Shown piece after piece: positions 55,446 through 63,522 of a stretch of DNA of 64,000 nt. The translations under genes and the position numbers were made by a program. The stretch is from a virus (taxonomy: Duplodnaviria > Heunggongvirae > Uroviricota > Caudoviricetes). The notes beneath the pieces were generated by a model, which ran no database searches, was not told the DNA's origin, and saw only the letters and a list, made by a program, of their open reading frames with translations. The stretch is from positions 1 to 64,000 of IMG/VR virus record IMGVR_UViG_2974578479_000001; one strand, written 5' to 3'. Numbering within the stretch: position 1 is the stretch's first letter; every line of letters begins with the position of its first letter.

Positions 55446-56924
55446 ATGAAAAACTTAAATGTAAACTTTATTCTTAATGTTGATTCTTACAAAACTGGTC
55501 ACGGTTTTATGATGAAAGATGGCGTTGTAGCTCTCGAATCAAACATCATTGCCCGTAAACCATCCAAATTCACTACACATGTTGTGATGATGGGTATTCA
55601 GTACTACCTTCAAGAGTACTTGGATATTGTTATCACTGTAGATGACATTGACGAAGCAGAACATGAAACAAACCAACGTGGTGATGATTTTGATCGCGGC
55701 TTTTGGGAGCATATTGTAGAAGTGCATGGTGGTAAAATTCCATTGCATATTCGTGCTATTCCAGAAGGTACATTGGTTCCTGTTGGTTGTCCTTTAGTAC
55801 GTTCTTTCAGTACTGATGAACGTGTAGCAGTTATTGCAAGCTACATTGAAACTCAGTTACAACGTGCAATTTGGTTCCCAACAACTGTTGCAAGTAATGC
55901 TCGTAGCATTAAAGAATTTTTAGCAGATACTATGGAACGTCATGCTGGTCATCGTTTTGTAGATTATCATCTTCATAACTTCGGGGATCGTGGTGCATCA
56001 AGTTTCGAATCAGCAATTCTTGCTGGTATGTCCCATTCAACGGTATTCAGTGGTTCTGATTGTTTATCTGCTAACCGTTACATCAAACATTACTATAATA
56101 CTGACAAAGCATATTTGACCAGTGTTACTGCAAGTGAACATAGTGCAACTTGTTCTAACTCTGATGCAGACAAACGTGATGACTTCAATATGGCAGTCAA
56201 AATGGTTCGTTTGTGGGAGAAGAAAGTTGACAAGTACATTGCAAATGGTTCTGTTGGTGTACCACCAATTGTTTCAGTAGTAATCGATACTTACGATGCG
56301 TACCGTTTCGTTCGTGATTATATCGGTACTCGGTTAAAAGCGACAATTGAAGAAATCGGGAAACGTTGCCCTGGTGCTAAACTTGTTATGCGTCCAGATA
56401 GTGGCGACCCAACAACTATGCCAATCGAAATCATCGAACTATTGATGGAAAAATTTGGTAGTACTGTAAATGCACAGGGATTCAAAGTACTTCCAGCATT
56501 TATCGGTGTTATCCAAGGTGATGGCATCAATGAAACCAGTATTCGTCAGATTGTTTCTAATCTAGATGACAAAAAACTTTCTATTGAAAACCTTGTTTTC
56601 GGTATGGGTGGTAAACTTGTTCATCCTGAAGCTGGTCGTGATACTTATTCTTTCGCAATGAAAGGATCTGCACAGCAACTTGAAGATGGTACTTGGGAAG
56701 ATTTATTCAAAGACCCAATTACCGATGTTGGTAAACGTTCTCTCCGTGGTCGTGTAACGACTTATGAATGCACCAATACTCACAAAATCATTGCTGAGCG
56801 AATTGAATTACAAGAAGTCAATCCATTCTTGAAAGATATGATGGTTGATATGTACATTGACGGTGTTATCATGAATCTTAGTACTTTTGATGAAGTACGG
56901 GAACGTGCTAATAAAGGTCTATAA
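55446..56924 (+). CDS. nadV: nicotinamide phosphoribosyltransferase (NadV/NAMPT-like)
   Basis: N-terminal NVDSYKTGH motif; 492 aa, typical of NAMPT. Confidence 0.8.
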   Translation: MKNLNVNFILNVDSYKTGHGFMMKDGVVALESNIIARKPSKFTTHVVMMGIQYYLQEYLDIVITVDDIDEAEHETNQRGDDFDRGFWEHIVEVHGGKIPLHIRAIPEGTLVPVGCPLVRSFSTDERVAVIASYIETQLQRAIWFPTTVASNARSIKEFLADTMERHAGHRFVDYHLHNFGDRGASSFESAILAGMSHSTVFSGSDCLSANRYIKHYYNTDKAYLTSVTASEHSATCSNSDADKRDDFNMAVKMVRLWEKKVDKYIANGSVGVPPIVSVVIDTYDAYRFVRDYIGTRLKATIEEIGKRCPGAKLVMRPDSGDPTTMPIEIIELLMEKFGSTVNAQGFKVLPAFIGVIQGDGINETSIRQIVSNLDDKKLSIENLVFGMGGKLVHPEAGRDTYSFAMKGSAQQLEDGTWEDLFKDPITDVGKRSLRGRVTTYECTNTHKIIAERIELQEVNPFLKDMMVDMYIDGVIMNLSTFDEVRERANKGL

Positions 56925-56930
56925 TATTTT

Positions 56931-56955
56931 GGGGGCTTTTGCCCCCTTCTTTTTA
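56931..56955 (+). terminator. rho-independent terminator (gggggcttttgccccc plus T-tract)
   Basis: hairpin plus T-tract. Confidence 0.75.
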
Positions 56956-57016
56956 AGTTAAATAGAGTTATTAAAAGACAAATATAATCAATTTTATAAT
57001 TGAAAATGAGAAAAAT

Positions 57017-57217
57017 ATGAATATTTTTATGGCAGTACTAAGCATTTTCTGCTATATCTTTATAGGTTATCTGGCCTATCATGATCACAGAGAAAAGTTT
57101 AAAGAAGAACCAAATAAGAAAGTTAAGAAAGTACTTTATGCTACAACAGCGATAACATTATATGTTTTAATCGGATTCTTTTTAGCAGTACTTTTGTACT
57201 TGATTTTAACCATGTAA
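57017..57217 (+). CDS. small membrane protein (66 aa)
   Basis: two hydrophobic helices. Confidence 0.45.
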   Translation: MNIFMAVLSIFCYIFIGYLAYHDHREKFKEEPNKKVKKVLYATTAITLYVLIGFFLAVLLYLILTM

Positions 57218-57226
57218 GGGAGTATA

Positions 57227-57673
57227 ATGGCTGGAAAAGGATTTGTGGGTCTATCACTGGATATTGACCAAGCTAAAGAAATTCAAAGAATATTTAAAAT
57301 TGCTGGTGTAGATTGCTTGACACCATCAAAATTTCATGTTACTGTTATGTACGATGAAGACGAGCCGGAAATTGATGTTCTTCCGAATGACAAAAAATAT
57401 TCTGCAACTATTACTGGCGTTGAACGTCTTGGTAAAGTAGGTTCAAAATATGAAGCTATTGCACTAATATTGGAATCATTTGACATTAGTCAACGGCATA
57501 AAGAACTAAAAAACGCTGGATTTAAACATAAATTTCCAGATTTTAAATGTCATATGAGTGTACTTTATCAACCATCAGATACCGATTTGGATTTGATTGA
57601 ATTGATATATAAACTTGGGGTATTACCAGAAGAATTGACATTTGGTAATGAACATTTAGGTAATACAAAATAA
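57227..57673 (+). CDS. hypothetical protein (148 aa)
   Basis: SD taagggagtataatg. Confidence 0.5.
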   Translation: MAGKGFVGLSLDIDQAKEIQRIFKIAGVDCLTPSKFHVTVMYDEDEPEIDVLPNDKKYSATITGVERLGKVGSKYEAIALILESFDISQRHKELKNAGFKHKFPDFKCHMSVLYQPSDTDLDLIELIYKLGVLPEELTFGNEHLGNTK

Positions 57674-57683
57674 GTAGGTTGTT

Positions 57684-57899
57684 ATGAAAAACGACTTGAG
57701 CGATAATGAAAAACGACTGTACAGCGGGGCATGGGTAGATGAACATTCTTGTGCAAATAATAAAGTGACATGTATACGTTGCTTTGGTAGTTACATTATA
57801 CGTGAATCCCCACGCTCAGTACCAGGAACTGATGGATATTATATTAAAGAGCCACAGTGTCCTCATTGTAAATGTCGTTTATATTTTTCACATCTATAG
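57684..57899 (+). CDS. zinc-ribbon mini-protein (CxxC-x29-CxxC)
   Basis: CIRC...CPHC; 71 aa; immediately upstream of the sirtuin gene. Confidence 0.5.
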   Translation: MKNDLSDNEKRLYSGAWVDEHSCANNKVTCIRCFGSYIIRESPRSVPGTDGYYIKEPQCPHCKCRLYFSHL

Positions 57900-57907
57900 G
57901 AATACAA

Positions 57908-58699
57908 ATGGAACTCGAAAGCTTTCTTTTAAATCGTGGACAACCACGCCTAGTATTTGCAACTGGTGCTGGATTATCAAAAGAATCTGGTATTAATACT
58001 TTCCGTGACGCTGACGATGAAGGCTTGTGGGATCAGTACAATGTGGATGAGATTTGTAATATTGCAACTTTCCATATTAATTATCAAAAAGTACATCATT
58101 TTTATAATATGCTTCGTGTAAATTTAGCAAATGTTGAACCAAATATTGGTCACCATATAATTGCTGAATACCAACAACTATATGGTCATGACCGTGTATT
58201 ACATATTACTGCTAATGTTGATGATTTGGCAGAACGTGCTGGTGGTACAGCTATGCATGTTCATGGTAAACTGACTGAAGTGGTAGAACCATATAGTACC
58301 AATAGTGAGGATTATGAAGTACTGACCGTTGGTTATGAGAATTTCACACCAACACCAGGAATTATTTCTAAACCAAATATTGTAATGTTTGGAGAAGGTT
58401 ACTGGTTCACCGATGGTGTACGTAAACCAATTTATGATGATCTATATCGAGTACTTGATAATTTAACGTCACAAGATACCGTTATTATTATTGGATCATC
58501 TGATACTGTAATTCCTTGGTCTGTGTATGTTGGTTTAGCTACACCTGCTGAGACACTTAATGTGAATCCAGAAGCCCATGAAAAAGATGATTACTTTACT
58601 TATAATATGTACCAACCAATAAGTAATTCAGTAACAATGATCGATCAGTACGTTCATTCCCGTATGGATCGTCCTGATTATAGCAATGAAGAATACTAA
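57908..58699 (+). CDS. SIR2-family (sirtuin-like) NAD-dependent enzyme lacking the zinc-ribbon cysteines
   Basis: GAGLSKESGINTFRDADDEGLW; TANVDDLAERAGG; catalytic H in MHVHGKL; VMFGE; no CxxC...CxxC between the HG and FGE motifs. Confidence 0.75.
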   Translation: MELESFLLNRGQPRLVFATGAGLSKESGINTFRDADDEGLWDQYNVDEICNIATFHINYQKVHHFYNMLRVNLANVEPNIGHHIIAEYQQLYGHDRVLHITANVDDLAERAGGTAMHVHGKLTEVVEPYSTNSEDYEVLTVGYENFTPTPGIISKPNIVMFGEGYWFTDGVRKPIYDDLYRVLDNLTSQDTVIIIGSSDTVIPWSVYVGLATPAETLNVNPEAHEKDDYFTYNMYQPISNSVTMIDQYVHSRMDRPDYSNEEY

Positions 58700-58708
58700 G
58701 GTTATTTT

Positions 58709-59617
58709 ATGATAGGTTATGAAGAAATTGAATTTGGTACACGCTCAGATCGTTTTGACTGTGTATTCGTGTGGATTTACGCACGTAATTGCACCCCGTA
58801 TACTGGCTACCCTTATAATGACATTCCAAATGTTAGTCTAGTACTAACAGAATTGCGGTATGACGGTTTATTTGGAGCAGTGGGTGGAGCAGTAGAAGCA
58901 GATGATTTGAATCTAGAAGTTGCAGTACATCGTGAAGCAATGGAAGAAATTGCATATGATTTGCCTATTGAACGTTTAGAACCTCTGGCAACATATAAAA
59001 ATAAAATGAGTGGTTCTCATATTCATAGTTTCTCATTAGAAGTAACTTATGAAGAACTGCTTGAAATACGTAAGAACGCATACAACGGCGAGCATTTTAA
59101 TGCTGAGAATGCAGGTATTAATTTACTTCATATTTGTCGGTACTTAAAAGGTGGAAAAGTCGAATGTGGTTGGAATACAATTCTTGAACAGAATTTTGTT
59201 AGTACTTCTAAATTAGAACTAATGAAACTTGCTCGTACTAAAAATCTTGTCATTAATTATGTTGATGACAGTAAAGCACATACGGGTTCTTACAAGATGT
59301 TTATTGATGATCTTCGTGATGTTGAACAGTACTATCCAAATGAAGAATTTGTTGTGGTACGTACATATCAAGAAGCTGTTCAATATGTCAAAGAACATGG
59401 TATGCCATCTTTTGTGTCATTTGATCATGATTTGGGTGATACTGTTAACAAAGATGAAGAAACAGGATATACATTTGCTAAGTACTTAGTGGATTATATG
59501 ATGGATAATCGGATTGCAGTACCTTTCGAATATCATGTTCATAGTGCAAATCCAGTTGGTGCCATGAATATTATGTCCTATTTGGAAAACGCATTTAAAT
59601 TTATTCGGAGTTTATAA
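58709..59617 (+). CDS. Nudix hydrolase with uncharacterised C-terminal domain (FDHDLGD motif)
   Basis: Nudix-box core GGAVEADDLNLEVAVHREAMEEIAYDL; C-terminal ~150 aa unassigned. Confidence 0.6.
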   Translation: MIGYEEIEFGTRSDRFDCVFVWIYARNCTPYTGYPYNDIPNVSLVLTELRYDGLFGAVGGAVEADDLNLEVAVHREAMEEIAYDLPIERLEPLATYKNKMSGSHIHSFSLEVTYEELLEIRKNAYNGEHFNAENAGINLLHICRYLKGGKVECGWNTILEQNFVSTSKLELMKLARTKNLVINYVDDSKAHTGSYKMFIDDLRDVEQYYPNEEFVVVRTYQEAVQYVKEHGMPSFVSFDHDLGDTVNKDEETGYTFAKYLVDYMMDNRIAVPFEYHVHSANPVGAMNIMSYLENAFKFIRSL

Positions 59618-59919
59618 TGAAACGCATGTTTTGGTCAGCATTGTTAGCTGCATTTATAGTTTGGGTAATTTCTTGGGCGGTAACTTCAGGTAAAAGTACT
59701 GAACACCAAAACGTATATTATAATACTGGACAAATTGTTGCATTGGGTCAGTGTAAAGGTGGAGAATGTTCATACCAATATAAAGATAATACTGGCTCAT
59801 TGCAATATGCAACATCATCAAAACCAGTTAGTTTAGGCCAACTGGTATATCAAGAATGTTGGTACGAGGAAGCAAAAGGAGATCGCTGCTACGTCGAGTA
59901 CCAACCTAGCAAAAATTAA
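59617..59919 (+). CDS. secreted or membrane-anchored Cys-rich small protein (100 aa)
   Basis: N-terminal hydrophobic signal; TAATG coupling. Confidence 0.5.
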   Translation: MKRMFWSALLAAFIVWVISWAVTSGKSTEHQNVYYNTGQIVALGQCKGGECSYQYKDNTGSLQYATSSKPVSLGQLVYQECWYEEAKGDRCYVEYQPSKN

Positions 59920-59991
59920 TGGTATTTTAGAGTATTAAATACTATTAGTTAATACAAAGTGTTATGCACACAAACTATAAAAAGGATGTTT

Positions 59992-61446
59992 ATGAAACGA
60001 TATGTTCTTGACACAAACGTGATTCTTAGTGACCCACATGCAATTCTTGCATTTGAAGGTTCACATGTTATTCTTCCATTCACAGTACTAGAAGAATTAG
60101 ATTCCATTAAGAGTCGCAAAGTTGATATTAGTAGAGATGCACGTGTTGCGGTTCGCAATATTAGTGCTATTCTTGAAGGTGCAACTCATGAAGAAATTGC
60201 CACCACTGGTGTTCCAATTTCACGTACTCACACCAATATTCACGAGGATACCCGTCTTTTTGTTCTAACCATTGAAGAACTTGATGCAATTAAAACATTA
60301 ACTGGAACTACTTCAGATGATGTTGAATATGCAAAAAATGAAACTCTACGTAATAGCACTGTACCAGATGATAAAATTATTCTAGTTGCAAAACTAAGTA
60401 ATTCTGTACTAGTAACTCGTGATATTAATATGCGAATTAAAGCACTTGCATATGGTGTTGAAGTTCAAGATTATCGTCATGATGTAACAATCGAAGATTC
60501 TGATTTGATTCATACTGGTCACCATGAAGTTGAAGGTTCTATTTGGGATCGCCTTGGTACTGTTTATTCTGAACAACATGGCACCAAACTATTACACTTC
60601 GTACCAAAGGATCAAGTTGATTTCCTACCACCAAATATTTGTGTAGGCGATTTCGTTTATGACGAAGCTGATGTACTTTTTGTTTATGAAGGTGAAGGTG
60701 CACGTTTGGATGAGAATGATGAACCAATTGATGATGAGCAATATGTTGCCTTTATTGATGTTGGACAATCTTCTGCACTAAATCGTAAAGTTTGGCATAT
60801 CAAAGCTAAAAATATCCAACAAGCTATGGCAATTAACAGTATTATGGATAGTGATGTTCATATTACAGTACTATTAGGTTCAGCAGGTACTGGTAAGACT
60901 CTAATTACAATGGCATGTGCGTTAGATCTAGTAATGGAACTAAAGCATAAAAACAAACGTTATGAACGTATTATTTTCTCCAAAACCCAAGATTCCCAAT
61001 TCGAAGATATTGGTTTCTTACCAGGTACTGAAATGGAAAAAGTAATGCCATTCTGTGGTGCGGCAGTTGACGCATTGGAATATCTACACAAAGATGATGC
61101 AAATCCTCAAGGATCAATCGATGAGATTTTAAAACGTAATAAGTTCCAATTCAAAGCATTGAACTTCGTTCGTGGACGTAGTTTCATTAATACAATTCTT
61201 ATTGTAGATGAATTCCAAAATATTACTCCTGCACAAGCAAAAACCATTTTGACTCGTGCTGGTGAGAACTGTAAAGTAATCATTATGGGTAACTTATCTC
61301 AGATTGACAATAAGTTTGTAAGTCCAACTAATAGTGGATTAACTTATGTTACTGAGAAGTTCAAAGATTGGGAAGGTTGTAGAATCATTGAACTAGAAGG
61401 TGTTGTTCGTTCACCACTAGCTGCTTTTGCAGAAGAAAATCTATAA
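59992..61446 (+). CDS. phoH: PIN-domain plus PhoH-like ATPase
   Basis: N-terminal PIN (VLDTNVIL...EELD); Walker A LLGSAGTGKT; IVDEFQN Walker B. Confidence 0.8.
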   Translation: MKRYVLDTNVILSDPHAILAFEGSHVILPFTVLEELDSIKSRKVDISRDARVAVRNISAILEGATHEEIATTGVPISRTHTNIHEDTRLFVLTIEELDAIKTLTGTTSDDVEYAKNETLRNSTVPDDKIILVAKLSNSVLVTRDINMRIKALAYGVEVQDYRHDVTIEDSDLIHTGHHEVEGSIWDRLGTVYSEQHGTKLLHFVPKDQVDFLPPNICVGDFVYDEADVLFVYEGEGARLDENDEPIDDEQYVAFIDVGQSSALNRKVWHIKAKNIQQAMAINSIMDSDVHITVLLGSAGTGKTLITMACALDLVMELKHKNKRYERIIFSKTQDSQFEDIGFLPGTEMEKVMPFCGAAVDALEYLHKDDANPQGSIDEILKRNKFQFKALNFVRGRSFINTILIVDEFQNITPAQAKTILTRAGENCKVIIMGNLSQIDNKFVSPTNSGLTYVTEKFKDWEGCRIIELEGVVRSPLAAFAEENL

Positions 61447-61452
61447 TATTGT

Positions 61453-61480
61453 TGGGGATACTTATGTATCCCCGTTTTAT
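61453..61480 (+). terminator. terminator (ggggatacttatgtatcccc plus gtttt)
   Basis: hairpin plus T-tract. Confidence 0.6.
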
Positions 61481-61493
61481 TAAGGAAGAATAT

Positions 61494-61928
61494 ATGGAAA
61501 TATATCTATCAGGAATAGTATTGAAATTAAATGAACCAAATCATAATGGTAGAATTTATTCACAGAAAGAAGTTTCAAAAAATATTAGTAATTTGCAAAC
61601 TGATATATTAAGCGGGTCATTGCTTTCTGAAATTGATCCACTTGAGAGAACTACAACTATTAATTTAGATAATGTTGGTGGTTTAGTTGCACGATTAGAA
61701 ATTGTAAATGATAACTTAGAAAGTACTGTTCAAATATTACCAACGGTTAGAGGCCAGCAGCTTATTAGAATGTTGGAAGGTAATGGTGAAGTATTTTTAA
61801 GTTCTCGCGGTACTGGTCAAATTGATAGTGATGGAAATGTTACTAATTATGAATTAATTACAGTTGATATTTTACCATTCCACCTATGCGACGACCCCGA
61901 TAAAATTTGCAAAGTGATAGTGAAATAA
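61494..61928 (+). CDS. hypothetical protein (144 aa)
   Basis: SD ttaaggaagaatat. Confidence 0.5.
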   Translation: MEIYLSGIVLKLNEPNHNGRIYSQKEVSKNISNLQTDILSGSLLSEIDPLERTTTINLDNVGGLVARLEIVNDNLESTVQILPTVRGQQLIRMLEGNGEVFLSSRGTGQIDSDGNVTNYELITVDILPFHLCDDPDKICKVIVK

Positions 61929-61958
61929 TTGAAACAGCAGTGAAAATTGTGGTATAAT
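61929..61958 (+). promoter_or_regulatory. sigma70-like promoter with extended -10 (TTGAAA-18-TGgTATAAT)
   Basis: read directly. Confidence 0.55.
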
Positions 61959-61988
61959 GTACCCATAACAAAAGAGAAGGAAACGAAG

Positions 61989-62243
61989 ATGGCTAAGCAA
62001 AACGATAAAGATGTAAAAAGTACCCGCAAAGAACTTATGTACAAAAACGAGCAGCTTGAGAATCTATTAGAGCTACGCCGCAAGGGTATTCTAACCCGTC
62101 AGCAGTTCCGTCTATTGACCTTTGATAAAGGTCTACAGGGCAGCACCAAGGGTTCTCCACTAATCGAAGTGTTCGAGTTGGAGAAACAAGGAAAGGGTAA
62201 ACCAGTCCTTGTCCAAAAAGTTCGTCAATGGACTCGCACTTAA
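61989..62243 (+). CDS. small basic protein (84 aa), enterobacterial-like codons
   Basis: SD agaaggaaacgaag. Confidence 0.5.
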   Translation: MAKQNDKDVKSTRKELMYKNEQLENLLELRRKGILTRQQFRLLTFDKGLQGSTKGSPLIEVFELEKQGKGKPVLVQKVRQWTRT

Positions 62244-62331
62244 TTTCTGGCCTGTTTTGATATAAACAACATAAATAAGTTTACAATAATAAAAATATTT
62301 TTGACTCCATGTTGTTTATATTACATTCTTT

Positions 62332-62357
62332 TAAGGCCACGCAATGTGGCCTTTTTT
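62332..62357 (+). terminator. rho-independent terminator (aaggccacgcaatgtggcctt plus tttttt)
   Basis: hairpin plus T-tract. Confidence 0.8.
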
Positions 62358-62371
62358 ATTGGAAAAATAAA

Positions 62372-63097
62372 ATGATTAACAAAGAAGAAGTAAGTAAAGC
62401 AGCAAGAGAAATTGTTCATCACATTATTCTAGATAATATCTATGGATATTTCGAAGAATTAGGTACACCAAATATTGTTGTGTACGGTTCATTCATCGAA
62501 ATGACTTCTGGTTTTGATGTGAAGCCAAATGATATTGATGTTACGATTGTACTTGATGGGGAGTTACCTGAACCACGTCATAAATCATTCTATTTAAACT
62601 TTGTTGAACTACCCATTAATGTAGAGTATATGAGTCGTGAATCATTTCAAAAAGAATTGCATTCATTTCAACCAAAATACTTTATGTGCACAGCTACTCC
62701 TGAACTAAGTGAAGAAATTGATTCTGTATGGAAGAATAAAGAAATTCACGAAGTACGTTCTGGTATAAGTTCAGTAACTTCCAAAGCCTTTGATAAAGGT
62801 CGTAAAAAACTACTAGTTGAAGATGACTATGATGAAGTACTAGGATTAAAAAATATCTATCATGCGTTTAAGTTTCCAATTTATGCTAAATGGTATTTCT
62901 ATCCAGAATTGGCTGAACGTGATTATATTACAGACATTCAGTACTTGAATGAGATTCATAAAGGAATTTATGAGGCTTACAATAATAGTACTGGCACATT
63001 AGAAGAACGTTGTGCGGCGGTTGTACAATTTGCTAAACCACATCATTTATCATTGATGACTGGCTTCCGCATACTATTTCCTAAAAAGGTAGAATAA
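62372..63097 (+). CDS. minimal nucleotidyltransferase (pol-beta superfamily, GS-x10-DxD)
   Basis: VVYGSFIEMTSGFDVKPNDIDVTIV; 241 aa. Confidence 0.6.
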   Translation: MINKEEVSKAAREIVHHIILDNIYGYFEELGTPNIVVYGSFIEMTSGFDVKPNDIDVTIVLDGELPEPRHKSFYLNFVELPINVEYMSRESFQKELHSFQPKYFMCTATPELSEEIDSVWKNKEIHEVRSGISSVTSKAFDKGRKKLLVEDDYDEVLGLKNIYHAFKFPIYAKWYFYPELAERDYITDIQYLNEIHKGIYEAYNNSTGTLEERCAAVVQFAKPHHLSLMTGFRILFPKKVE

Positions 63098-63309
63098 TGA
63101 TAGTGTTTATAATTATTGGAATGGTTTTATTATTTCTATTTGGCCTCGCTGCTATTATTGGAAGTGTTATTATTCCAATGTATGTATGTGCATGGACAGG
63201 AAAAGTATCAAAGGGTGAGATTGCAATCAGTATTATAATGTTTGTAATTGGTGCATTTTCATGGTACTATGTGTTTTCTCATATGAGTCTCAACATAGGT
63301 ATTAGTTAA
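63097..63309 (+). CDS. small membrane protein (70 aa, 2 TM)
   Basis: hydrophobic; ATGA coupling. Confidence 0.5.
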   Translation: MIVFIIIGMVLLFLFGLAAIIGSVIIPMYVCAWTGKVSKGEIAISIIMFVIGAFSWYYVFSHMSLNIGIS

Positions 63310-63446
63310 TGGGTGAAATTATTTTTGCATTAATTGAATGTTTAGTTGAATTAATGTGTATGGGTGCAGCAGGATTTTGGATTGTTATGTGTATTTTAGC
63401 AATTGCTGCTGTTGCTGGTTTTGGTTATTGGGCATATATTTGTTAA
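63309..63446 (+). CDS. small membrane peptide (45 aa)
   Basis: TAATG coupling; hydrophobic. Confidence 0.35.
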   Translation: MGEIIFALIECLVELMCMGAAGFWIVMCILAIAAVAGFGYWAYIC

Positions 63447-63522
63447 GGAATTAAAATGATATTACTTATAAAAGGGCGAATGACTTTCCGATTATGAATT
63501 TTTAATCATAATAAGGAGGACA

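Noticed and set aside
58709-59617. Assigning the C-terminal half of the second Nudix protein to Toprim, receiver or 2H phosphoesterase folds
   Set aside because: The FDHDLGD and HVHS motifs only partially match DxDxxG (Toprim) or HxT/S (2H). No assignment is justified without profile searches.
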